The notes below the pieces were generated by a model. It had not been told where the DNA came from, ran no database searches, and was given only the letters and a program-made list of their open reading frames with translations. A stretch of 64,000 nucleotides of DNA, taken from assembly GCA_951406725.2 (NCBI GenBank), contig OX597836.1, positions 2,232,001 to 2,296,000 on the forward strand. Reading direction: 5' to 3'. The position numbers and the translations under genes are program-made. Positions 1 through 12,110 of the stretch are shown one piece after another; positions within the stretch are counted from its first letter, which is position 1; each line of letters starts with the position of its first letter. The stretch is from Octopus vulgaris (taxonomy: Eukaryota).

Positions 1-448
1 GTCTACAATATAATATGAAGGGTAACGTTATTCACGTCGTTTATATAGAACATAATGTATATTAACTTCACATTTGGTATGGAATAAGCAACGTTCGTTT
101 AAGGAAATGTTCGCAATATTGAATAAAATATTCAGTTCTTCAATTAAATCGATTTTTATTCACTCTATTAGACTTATAATACTCATACTGGATCATAGCT
201 GTGATTCGCGAAGTGCTCCATTATCTATGAACACACACACATATTTTGTAAATAATAATTATTATTATTAAGAAGCATTAGACAGGTGAACAGATCGAAT
301 AGTATGGTACCGTAAGCTGCAGGCTGTAAGCTCGCTACGCATGCAGGACGTCAGGGTCTCCAACAAAACCTGTGAAAAAGAGAAAATAATAACATTAATA
401 ACAACAACGATAATTTTATATGTCCAGATTTTTATTAATATGTCACAT

Positions 449-524
449 ATATTAGCGCTTGCATCTACTCTAGCAGACTCTTAAAGATTTGACTGTCTAC
501 TAGAGTAGATGCAAGCGCTAATAT
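449..524. repeat. Near-perfect fold-back hairpin (30-bp stem, 16-nt loop); MITE-like or pre-miRNA-like
   Basis: 449-478 atattagcgcttgcatctactctagcagac is the reverse complement of 495-524 gtctactagagtagatgcaagcgctaatat with one mismatch. Confidence 0.85.
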
Positions 525-559
525 GTGATTTATAAAAACATGTGACATTATATATGTTT

Positions 560-765
560 CCTACTCTAGGGAAAAGACCCGAAATTTTTAGTGATAGGGC
601 AGGTCGATTAGATCGACCCCATTACGTAAGTGGTTCAACATTTATCGACCCCGAAAGGATGAAAGGCAAAGTCGACCTCGGCGGTATTTGAACTCGACGT
701 AAAGACAGACGAAATATAGCCAAACATTTCGCCCGCGTGCTAACGTTTCTGCCAGCTTGCCGCCA
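560..765 (-). mobile_element. tRNA-derived SINE, family A (GCCTTTCATCCTTTCGGGGTCGATAAA core)
   Basis: Reverse complement reads ggcggcaagctggcagaaacgttagcacg (A-box-like) ... gagttcaaataccgccgaggtcgactttgcctttcatcctttcggggtcgataaa (B box plus core). More than 10 related copies occur in the window. Confidence 0.85.
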
Positions 766-892
766 TATAATAATAACAATAGCAATAATAATAATAACAG
801 AACGATTCTATGAGTAATCGATGGTAGATGTGTCGAAAGAATAATTAATAATAAATTCTCGTACATTCCATTTTCCATCTTTTACCACATAT

Positions 893-1260
893 AGGCGCAG
901 GCATAACTTTGTTCTTCCCAAACACCTGATTCTGTTTTCAGTCCCAGGGACTAAACCGAGAACAACATTTTCTACTACAGCCTCTGACGGACAATGACTT
1001 ATGCCTGAATTTCAGTGTCGAAAACTGAATGAAGCTGGTCTAATATACGTGTATCTGTTTGCATCCGTCTGTGTTTGTCTCGCACCACCGTTAAACAACC
1101 GGTGCGCGTTTGTTTACGGCAAAAGAGACCGATTGAATAAATATGGACCTTAAAATAACTTGCACCAGGGTCGATCCATTCAAGTAAAAACAAGAACAAA
1201 AATATCTACGGTGCTTCCCCAGCAAGGGCACTGTGCAATAACTGAAGAATTAAGTAAAAT
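893..1260 (+). mobile_element. Degenerate SINE, family B
   Basis: Starts ggcgcaggc. Its body (caaaagagaccgattgaataa...ggtcgatccattc) matches 33225-33350 in reverse, and its 3' end (ccccagcaagggcactgtgcaataactgaa) resembles the tail motif at 33379-33440. Confidence 0.6.
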
Positions 1261-1654
1261 ATTTAAGATAAATATATTTATATCTATCCGTATCTCCGTG
1301 CAGTAGGAGTATTATCCACAAATGTAAGTATTAAATTGAAAGAGTGGAGAAGAGAGAGAGACACACAGACAGACGTAAAATGAGTGTGGCATTGAAAGAG
1401 AAGTGAATATGCTAAATGTGTCACTGGCTTGCATGTCATTCTGTAACCGATTTTCATTAAACAAAATTGGTGCTCAATAGAGAATTAAAGAATGAAAAGA
1501 AAAAGAGTTTCCTTCTGACGCACAGCAGAAGCTTTCTTTTGGTTTATTTCATTTCGTTTTATTCGATTTGACATCACTCATAACGAAAGAGAATGAAACG
1601 TTCAGGACTATGCACAATGTTGTCATTGGTGTATTTGATAGTGCGTCCTCATGC

Positions 1655-1689
<35 letters not shown>

Positions 1690-2664
1690 CATACATCCAT
1701 ACACACAGACGCACATACACTCACATGTGTATGATTGTATATATACGTACATGTACTGTGTGTTCAGATATATAGATACAGATGTAATTACATATACAGA
1801 TATAGTTATAGATATTTATGTATGTGTGTGTGTGTGTGTGTATGTATGCATGTAAGCATTTGTGTATGATGTGTGTCTGTGTGTCACTTTATGAAATTAC
1901 ATTTTGTGTATTTTTTGATAAGATTCATCTTTAGCTAGATCACGTTTTGTGCATACTAGATTATTTTATTTTGTATCTACTTAGGTTTTATTCACTGCAT
2001 GTGTATATTAATGTAGCTTTCTACACAGCCAGCCACATACACGGATATATACTCACAGGTACATATACGCTGACATCTATGGGTGTATATGTACATCTGT
2101 TAGTATTTTGGAATGCCAGTCTATATAGACAGAAAGAGAGTGAAAAAAAATTATATGGATCTCATTTCCTTTGAAGATACAATATTTAATTTATTTCTTT
2201 AATTTATTTTTACTGCAATTTCGACATGCAATTTCTCATTTTCAGATTATTACCTGAGTAAACAGCACAAAAAAACTAGCGAAATTATTATTATGAGAGA
2301 TCAAATGTTTTGGTGCGACATACATTTATTCTGATAGTCTAGAACGATTCCTTAATGGCATAAAAGAGTTGGATATCGCCCACTTGCATTTGCTAACGTG
2401 ATCTATAACCGAGCATATCACTCACACATATATATACACACACACCCTTGCATTATATATACATATACGTCTGTGTTTGTGTATATATGTATATGTACAT
2501 ATTTGTGTATATAGAATATATATATATAAGTATATGCGGTTTACTTTTGAATGTGGTCTCCTGATGTTCCACACACTGCTTCCATAGGTGTTGCCGTACT
2601 TGGGACCAATTTATGAAGAAGCTAACATCCTATTGCTCAAAAAAGTTAACAACAGATATGATAT

Positions 2665-2965
2665 AGTTCTATATTTAAGAGATGCAGAATTATTTACATT
2701 ATTTACAGTTGACGGATATTTGTCGTCATCTTGTTTGTTGTTAACACAACGTTTCGGCTGATATACCATACCCTCCAGCCTTCATCAGGTGTCTTGGGGA
2801 AATTTCGAACCTAGGTCCTCACTCCTAACGTCTTTTTCCATGTTTTTATTTTTGAGGTCACTGCCTGGAATCGAACTTGGGTATATGGTGTAGTGGTTAA
2901 GAGCGCGAGCTACTAAACCCAAGATGCCGAGTTCGATTCCAGGCAGTGACCTGAATAATAATAAT
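2665..2965 (-). mobile_element. Penelope-like pseudo-LTR fragment (minus strand) joined to an inverted tRNA-like head (plus strand, about 2878-2955)
   Basis: 2665-2880 is the reverse complement of about 22965-23189, which lies directly downstream of a GIY-YIG ORF. The junction forms an inverted repeat ggtcactgcctggaatcgaact...agttcgattccaggcagtgacc. Confidence 0.8.
2743..2793 (-). ncRNA. Minimal type-I hammerhead ribozyme (Penelope-type)
   Basis: RNA reads GACAC-CUGAUGA-A-GGCUG-(loop)-CAGCC-GAAA-CGUU-GUGUU: intact core, 5-bp stem II, stem I GACAC/GUGUU, palindromic AACGUU stem III, predicted cleavage after GUU. Confidence 0.8.
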
Positions 2966-3259
2966 GATGATAATGCGTTTGTGTGTGTGTATCTATATAT
3001 GCACGTATTTACATTATACAGACACTATCTATCGTTTGCTCAGTTTTTTATACCTAATGTCATTGTAATGAAGATTAATGTTAGCCTTTAATTGAAAACC
3101 TTAGCATAAAATGGTTCATTGATCGGTAATTCAGTTCTTAGAAGATCCAGTTAAAATGTTTCACTGCTTTACTCGTTTGCACCGTCATTAAAACTTAAAA
3201 TATGTATTTCAACTCGCTACTGAAAGATGCATTTCTGCTAATTATTGAAATAAGCATTT

Positions 3260-3480
3260 CAGTAGTGATACCCCTTACTCGGCCTAGATTAAGGAGCCAT
3301 TACTGTGACACCTCAAGTTTTAAGGAGCGAGATATGTTCTCAGCTCTGCCAGGAAAACTCAAAGATATTCAAAGTTGGATATTCAAATAAATGAAGGTTT
3401 TCAAAGTCTTTTGAGAAATATTCATCCGGGACACCGGGTTAAGCGACATTGTGTCATAAAGCAACACAAACAAAGAAGAC
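3260..3480 (+). pseudogene. Degenerate 3' end of a non-LTR retrotransposon ORF (CR1/Jockey-like)
   Basis: Translation RLRSHYCDTSSFKERDMFSALPGKLKDI...VFK resembles the recalled LINE C-terminal pattern 'SF...P.LFN.LP..L.......FK'; contains in-frame stops. Confidence 0.45.
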
Positions 3481-4220
3481 CACTCGAAGAAATTCTTATC
3501 TTTTGTTCTTTTTGAAAAGGATGTTTATTTTTTTAATTTTTAATGCATAACATATATATGTGTGTACATCTCTATGTATGTAAATATATATATATACATA
3601 CATTCATACACATTTATGCATATGCGTGCATATACGACAAAAACACACGTTAACTCACTATATATATATATATAGTTATCTATACATACAATGTGAAGTA
3701 ATTGTCCTCATGCGCACTCCTCAGATACTAAACATGGTCGAATTTGTTACGGGTTGACGGAGTGTTGGCTTCGGTTTTCTCTTGCGAATGCCATAATTCT
3801 TTACGATGTTTTGAATTTTCGATGTTAGCTTTTCGTTAATCTTACTCGATAATTGTGTTTTGTTCAGAAATTTATTTTTCGTGCAGTTAAACCAGAAAAT
3901 ATATTCTGATGTTTTATATTACATTTCTTTTATTCGTGAGACCTGATTTATATTTCAACAATACAGAAGCCACATCATTGTATAGTGTCCGCTTTTGTTA
4001 CTTAAAAGCTCCCTTTGGGGACACATCAGTTTGCAGGTAGGCTTTTCCTTGCTGCTTTTAGTCCGGGCTTCAGATTGCTGGTCTTCTTAAGACAATTGCG
4101 GTGTCTCTTTCGTAGCTATATACGAACTACTGCCTGAGGCGTTATTCTGTATTTCAGTCAAGTTTAAATGTATTTTTATACAATCCGTTATTAAAAATGC
4201 AAACTTAAACATGAGTTTTG

Positions 4221-4267
<47 letters not shown>

Positions 4268-5295
4268 CATGTCTGTTTTTGTGTGTATATTTATGTAGAT
4301 ACTTATCTCAAACACACAGATATATATGTACAGAGGAAGAGAGAGGGAGAGAATGTGAAAGATATATTATTGATTGATGGACTGATATATAAGATGGATA
4401 TGCATAGAAAGGAACACAAACAAATCATTACATTGAATGAGAAGATTGTGAATTTGATATTAACACAGCAGAGAGACAATCAGATAGACAGATTGCAAGA
4501 CGATGTAGTAAAACAACTGAAAAGGTACAAAAAAAAATTCTTAAAATATATAAAAGAAACGCAATTCCTAAACAGATAATTAGATTCTTTATGAATAAAA
4601 ATGGAAAATCTGCGCAATAATAAATAACTGAAAAAAGAAAATTGTAAGAAAACACGAAAAAATTCAAGACAGAAGCCTACAAAAGAAAGAGAAAATACAC
4701 AACACACCTTTATTCTAGTTTATAGTCGACCAATATTGTCGTAAAGTGGGAACAGATTGGCATTCATTGCCAGCACGTTTAATATTGGAAGTTTTTTTGT
4801 TTAAAGATTCAACTGTCTAGGGGGACATTTCTAGAAATCATCCAATAAAAATGCATAAAGCAAAAATAATAAAAAACAAAATTAAAATAACAGAATAAAA
4901 GACACAAAATGAAGGGGGAAAAAGCGTAAATTAGCGATAAAAAGCAATAACAACGTAAAAAAAATAAATATTTAATACGAAAGAAAACAAAAGAGAAAAA
5001 TGGAGGGAAAAAAATTCGAAAACAATAAATGGCATGATGAAGAATTAGGAATAAAAACAAAAGATGGCAAGAATCAAAAATGAAAATGGAAAAAATAAAT
5101 AAAAATGATAAATCGAAAAACTCGATTATAAGGATATATGAGGGAAAACACCATTTCTGGCCCACTACCATTCTTCCCCCCACCACCCATTTATCTCTGA
5201 AAATGTCTGATATACGTATGCTTATATATAGGTGTGTGTGTGTATTTATATATATATATACATCTAAATGTATATATATGAATATATTTATATAC

Positions 5296-5337
<42 letters not shown>

Positions 5338-6158
5338 ACATGGATATCTATCAATCTGTCTACTTGGTTTTATATATATATATATATATCATATAATATA
5401 TATATCATATAATATAAATAATTGTGTATTAGAAATGCACAAACGTGATTGATGAACATCTGAATTAAAGGAAAAAAAAACCTGTACAATGAAGCGACAA
5501 GCAAGGACTTAGAACAATGTGTAATATTTCTGAAAGAATAAACGGAGAAGAGCGTTTGAGTGAAACAATTTGATAAAGACAAAGGCGAAACATAAACAAA
5601 AGAAATGCGACTTTATGATTATGAAACGTGGAAATTATAATGTCGAAATTCTCTCAGGATACGCGATTATATTAGCAGATCAAATCTGATAACTATTGAA
5701 GAAACATGATTTCCTGCAACGTCGTTCAATGTATGACATGGAAGTGCCTATACCTTTTAGAATATGAGTACGTGTTTGTTTGCGCGTATGCATGTGTTTA
5801 TGTGCGTAGCTATCTCTGTCTCTGTATAATATATATATATATGGTAACATGAAACAATTGTACAACTCTATGTTGGATATACTTGTTGCTTATTTTGATT
5901 ATATATAATCGCCCCATTTGATTTATACGGATAATACTATACAAAATTCTGGTGCCTTTAACTTAAGTACCATATTCATCTGAATCTAAATTCTGCTGAA
6001 CTTATATATAAATATAGAAAGGTTGTATGGGTGTGTTGATCTTGCTGTCACTTCTTGTCTCTCTGTGTGTATGTGTGTGCATATTTGTATGTAAGTGTAT
6101 ATTTGTGCATTGTGTGTGTTACACATTTTGTGTCTGTTTTCCCCCCTTCTTTCTTCAG

Positions 6159-6239
6159 TCGTTCTGACCTGTTGTGTGATGCTGGGTGTTATTGTTCCAT
6201 TCGTGTTTTCTGTTGAGAGCTCAAAGAAGAGCAACGCTG
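6159..6239 (+). CDS. Candidate 81-nt internal exon (phase 1-1) encoding a hydrophobic signal-peptide/TM-like segment
   Basis: Strong acceptor ttttccccccttctttcttcag, donor G|gtcagt, length divisible by 3, only one frame open: xVLTCCVMLGVIVPFVFSVESSKKSNA. The product is not recognised. Confidence 0.5.
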
Positions 6240-7149
6240 GTCAGTGCTCAAGCAGAACAAAGAGGCTCAGTTAATAGCGTAGAGGTGAAAGTGTTATCAA
6301 TACATAGAAATCACACGGCACTTAGACCACAAAGGCTACACACATAGCAAAAGACAGACCGAACCAAATCGGCTGCTATTTCTAGCATGATAGTATCAAT
6401 TACAATTTTATTAATAATTATTACCTACAATGTTTTTCTTCCCATGCTGGCCACTTCGTATGATCGATATTTTAAATAATGGTCTTATCCTTATTTATAT
6501 AAACATTTACAGATATTTACTTCGTCACAATATTCACTGCGGTTGTATTTTATCCATATAGAACGTGGTGTTTAGACGGACAATTGAACTGTCCCATATT
6601 TACGTACATATATATACGTGTGTGTATATGTAAGTATTTGTATGGTGTATATATATATATATATATATATATGTATTTGTATTTATATACTAGATCTTGG
6701 TTTATCTCACTGAGGAGGCGGCGTATATTTTTTATACACAGCCACAAACCTTGGGTCTGGCATTATCTAGAAACTTTGCCAATTTGTTATTTCACCTTGG
6801 GCAGTATGAGTACTTGATGTGGTTTGGAAGTCAGGATTTGACTGACATTTCTATCATGGCAGTATCTTGGATAGCCTCAATTATAATTTCAGCAGTATTT
6901 TCTAAATTATGTAATCCATTATAATACAAAAATATGATCCACCAACGTTAAACTTGGCTTTAATATATCGAGCTATAATCCTTTGAGCGAAATCACGATT
7001 CAAACCTGTATTTGTAGGTGCGTATGTATACATGTGCATATAGAATTAGACGACCATGTGTATCGAAGTGCGTACATAGCTTTTAGGTATATAAAAATCT
7101 GTGTGCATATATATGTTCGTGTGTATGTTGTTTATACAAACTGCAACCG

Positions 7150-7181
<32 letters not shown>

Positions 7182-8285
7182 GAGAGAGAGAGGGAGATTT
7201 GATAGAGAGAAAGAGAGAGATGTGTGTTTGGTGATGAACGTGAATGCGAGGATCTGCAATCACACGTTTAATTGCATGAGCTAGGGCATATAATTCCAAA
7301 TGCTAGCATGCTGGAAACACAGAATAATAACACGAATTTCTTGGTATTGTAGAAATCTCAGCTTTTATTGCATAGTTATACATTGTGTAGAAGTTCACGG
7401 CTATATATGACTAGCACTTAATGTATATGTCATATTCAATGTGTGTTATGTTGTACGCATAGCATATATGTATAACGTAATATGTAAGGGTGAGGAAGTG
7501 TATTTCTCTATGTGTATGTACATGTGTGCATATATAAAAATATATACACATGCACACAGCCACACACCCATATGCACATGTATAACCACATACACACACA
7601 CACATATATACATACATGTATAAATATATATTTTCACACATATATACATATATCTATATATATGTATATATGTATATGTGTGCACAGTTATATATGTGTC
7701 TGATGTATATGTATGCATATATTATACATATGCATATATATATATATGCACATACGAATTTACATCTATGCATATGGTGATGCATACACACACACAAAGA
7801 ACTATAAACACGCACATACCAGATATATATGTATATATATATATGTGTGTGTGTGTGTATACATGGGAAATTGCGTTGTTTGTGTGCAACAGATTTGATG
7901 TTTGAATACACACCTATCTCTGTCCTTAGATGTCATAAAGAATGACAAGTGTAGCAACGATGATGTCTTTGGGGTATATTATTTGAAGTTTCCAAACTCA
8001 CAATTAGTTCTAAGAAACAAGGTTCACTGGGATTTCAGGTGTTCATTTATAGGAATCACATCCAAAGGTATCTATCAAAGAAGCGAATTTACAACGACGA
8101 AATCACACGCGTCACCTATTCATATATATACTCGTTCATTCACAAATAGAAACTCTATTGCGCAAGCATACGCACGTATGCACAGGCACTAAGATTTATG
8201 CATAGTAATATATTCCAAGGTACACATACACAAGAGTGTAAATACATTTTGCTACATACATATATATTAATATATACATATCTAA

Positions 8286-8336
<51 letters not shown>

Positions 8337-8399
8337 GAGAGATAGCTAGGTAGATATCTACGTATATATAGTATCTATCTATATCTTTCCTTCTGTCTG

Positions 8400-8459
<60 letters not shown>

Positions 8460-8461
8460 CT

Positions 8462-8660
8462 CCAAACTTGAAAACACAAAGAGAAAACAGAACAACGCGA
8501 GGACGTGGAACAAGTATAGTGTTATTGGACGCTCAGGAAAGGAAAGAAAGAAGGAGGATTTAACGTTTCGAGCGGAGCTCTTCGTCAGAAACACAGAAAA
8601 AGGAAAGATCCAAGGAAGGGAAGACAAAGGAAAAAAAATCGACAACGATACACACGCAGT
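8462..8660 (-). mobile_element. Penelope-like pseudo-LTR fragment, second family, beside a (TA)n tract
   Basis: Contains a minimal hammerhead motif within pyrimidine-rich sequence on the minus strand. The PLE assignment is inferred from the hammerhead type. Confidence 0.55.
8558..8592 (-). ncRNA. Minimal type-I hammerhead ribozyme
   Basis: RNA reads GUUU-CUGACGA-A-GAGC-UCC-GCUC-GAAA-CGUU-AAAU: intact core, 4-bp stem II, palindromic stem III, stem I GUUU/AAAU. Confidence 0.75.
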
Positions 8661-8879
8661 TACATTTTGAATGACATATATATATATAAATAGTAAAATT
8701 GAATAAAAATGAGAGGTGGAGTGTCGGACACTGTCAATGTTCAGAGTACAATGAAGGACAAAAATTAATGCGAGACAGATAAATTTTATATTCCATAAGT
8801 TCTGAAAATTAATTATCTGCAACCGATGCGAGACGTAGAGCTACGTCAGCCTCATTTGTGAGCAAGAAAGAGAAACAGT

Positions 8880-9270
8880 TAGGTCCAATGATATTTGTAG
8901 CATTGTTAATGTAACGGTAAGTGTTACATCATCGGCGAGAACTATAAAAAGTTCCTGGCTGTGTGATGCTTGGCGCTGTTGATAATCTTATGAAGACATT
9001 GTCGATGTTCTTATCACTGTACAGGGAAAGAGAGTTATTGCGCGTAAGATAGGAGCGCTTCTGTGACAGGAAAATAAAACACAAAAGGGGTGGATGAGTT
9101 TTATCTTTAATTGAAAGGGTGGACGCATCGATGCTAAAGTGGCTCAGTGTCATATTTTTCAGAATGTTTGTTTCGTATCACGTAACCATACATACTACTT
9201 GATATGCATGCGGTGACGCACTTTACATTGGGCAAACTGCAGGACGTCTTACTTATCGTCTGGCTTACGT
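8880..9270 (-). pseudogene. Possible highly decayed LINE reverse-transcriptase remnant
   Basis: Minus-strand frames give DVLQFA, PPLLCFIF and LADDVTL in the order of RT motifs (DPLQFAY, SPLLF..F, YADD), broken by stops and frameshifts. Confidence 0.3.
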
Positions 9271-12110
9271 TCTGCTACATGTGTCTTGCCCACCTGTTGA
9301 CACACTCTTCAACATTACAGGCCAGGACACCACTCATCATTGTACGTCTCGGCACGTACAGTGGCTCCACATTGTCAAGGTAACAGTGGGACACAACGTT
9401 TCCTATGGGACGTTGTCACCCTGTCACCTCCTCTAAATTCCTTAAAGCCTTTCTTAACATTCAGTACTTCAAATGCTAACCATTGGCATTAGACCCAAGC
9501 TAATTCGGGCTCTAAATAATGCAATTTGTTAATCACTTGTGTGGAAACCAGGAACCCAATATTCCATGCAATTTTTAAAACATTTATTAAATATCTTCCA
9601 GAGAAACATAAGTAACCACATATGTTAGGCGAGGCTTTTATAACTTGAACAACCTGACCATTATATATTAATTTATATCATGTTTATACGGAATATATAT
9701 TAATACAGACATACATGTGATTGTGTATTCAAGAATTTCACCCCATAATAGCAAGTGAATTGTACCGAATACTATTGTTAAAATCCTTTAGCTTAAACTA
9801 ATATTTTGGAAGAATAGGTCTTTGAAATCATTTTGGCAGGGATTCTATTAAGTTGAAAGTGCTTATCACGTCGTAGGTGTTATCCTTAAACAAGATCTGA
9901 TATGTTTGCCTACAATGACAAAATATTAAGGTATGAAAACAGGAGACAGCAGATTAGCGGTTAGATTATACAAAACATGAAGTCGGTTGTCATTATTGCA
10001 GATGGAAGATCCACAGAATATTGTTATTAGATTCCTAATTTACGGGCACAACGGAAAGATATTAGCTACTGAAGTTTATCGAATTGTTACATAACAAAGA
10101 CAGAACAATTTGCAGAAATCATACGACATACTGTTATTAAAGCACAATTATTACCGGCATCATCGCAATTGACTATGTACCGTTCAGCCAGGGTTTAAAA
10201 TTCAGTGAAGGTCTTTAGAGTTGCAGAAATGTCTCTCAAAAGTACTCGACATTTCCAACACATCTGACCGAAAACATTATGAATGTAGATGTAGCTTAAA
10301 TAAGAAATAAAAGAAAAGATAATTCAAAGCTAAACAAACGAAAAGGAATTTTTAATTAAAAGTTGTCCAGAAGCAAGTGAATTAATAAACTTGATGCGTT
10401 TTTTAGAACCTGCATGTGATGCGTGTATATATATATACATAAATATATATGCATATATACTCTTACATATATATCCACACATGCATACGCGCGTTCACAT
10501 GCAAGAATGCTTGATGGAGTGACTTCGGAAAAGCGAAAACAACGAAGTTATGCCTCTTGTTATATGTATGTGTGTGCATATATACATAGATATATGTACA
10601 TACTGACACACACACATCTATCTATTTATATATATACATGCATATATATATATATATATATATGTAGAGGGTGTCACAAATCGTAAACAACATGAAATAC
10701 ATAGAAAACGTTTTTGCGAACCACGAGACAAGCAAATGGAAAACAAGACAAGTAACATAAAGAGCGACCCTTCATCAGCTGTCAGATGTTTACCTGCTCC
10801 ACATTTCGAGCAATTCCCGACAATATGCTCCTGCAAACCAAAATATAATTTGGGATTTTATCGAGGGCCAAAGTTGGTAGCAAAAACAGGACATTGAAAC
10901 AGATAGTGATGGCTGCTAAGCGAGGCAGATTAAGGTGGAGAACGCTGAGGAACATTCTTTGAAAGGAGAAAAGATAGGAGAGGAGACAGCACAACAATCC
11001 CGAAGAAAAAAAAGGATGAGCACGTGTGAAAAAAATGATGGGCGATGGTCGCGTGTGAGCAGTGAGAGAGTAAAGGAAGAGGAGAGAGAGAGAGATACAG
11101 ACAGCAAGCAGTGAGGGGGAGACAAGAAGAATTCGGGCAAGGAAGAGAGGAAAAAAACGAAAGGGAGAGAAGAGGAGAAAAAATTAGGGAAAGGAAGAAA
11201 CAAGGAAGAAAAAAAAAACGAAATGGGAGAGAGAAGAGAATAGAGGAGAATTGCATCAACGTTAAGATAAACTTGCTTGGAAATGGATGCGTGGCGTCAG
11301 CCTTTTGTGACGTCTTGTATACATACATACATACATACACATATACATATGTGTGTGTGTTTGTACATTTCTGTATGTATATATGCCTATATATATATAT
11401 TATTTTCATATATATTATTATATGAGTGAACGCCACTCAGAGAGTTGGATAGATAGAATGAGGCGTACACTTATACATACATAATTATCTTCAAATGAAA
11501 CAAAAGTTATGTATACAATCTTCGTTAACGTTCGACGTAATTCGAGTTCAGATGTTGACCGGAATCAATTGAACGGAGTTGAAAGAGTTTAGACTCTGAC
11601 AATCCTGTAGCTGCCGTTTCCTTCATGTTGTCCAATCTTTGCCTGTATTAATCACGTATAAATAAGTTGAGATTTCTATACAGATTACCACATTCCAACT
11701 ACTCTTTTGTCACTTTATTGCACACGTATTGCAGTAAGAACGCCATGACTCCCCAGATCGGGTAATCGCATAGAGTACCCGACTGCTCTCTGGAATGTGT
11801 TTGCTCTAAGCATGTAGTGAACAATTTGCAGAGACTATACGTCATACAGTTATTAGAACAAAACTATAAGTTACATCATCGCAGTTGAGTATGTGCTGCT
11901 CGGCATTTCAGACCGATGATCGGAAACAGTAATTACTCGTGGTCGGAATTTCAGAACTGCCCGAATATTAATGAAACATAAGGAAAAAATGAAATAAAAA
12001 AAGATCTAGAAATGGAGACAACCGGAATGCGAGCGATGAAACCGAACATATTCGCTATAATAATATATGCCTTGGTAATGAGTAAATCGTATGCAGTCTA
12101 ATATAGAGAG

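Noticed and set aside
2882-2952. Apparent tRNA genes (also 12112-12185 and 22922-22995)
   Set aside because: A and B boxes are present, but acceptor and anticodon stems do not pair properly and each is embedded in a repeat; these are tRNA-derived heads.
9320-9379. Plus-strand exon candidate (ttacag/GCCAGG...GTCAAG/gtaaca)
   Set aside because: Weak polypyrimidine tract, adjacent to a probable decayed LINE on the opposite strand, and the peptide is unrecognisable.
10794-10830. Minus-strand 37-nt exon-like segment (ttgcag/GAGCAT...GAGCAG/gtaaac) and nearby CUGAUGA
   Set aside because: It lies in a block (about 10680-11100) that looks like an interspersed repeat. The CUGAUGA has no stem II/GAAA partner, so neither exon nor hammerhead is supported.
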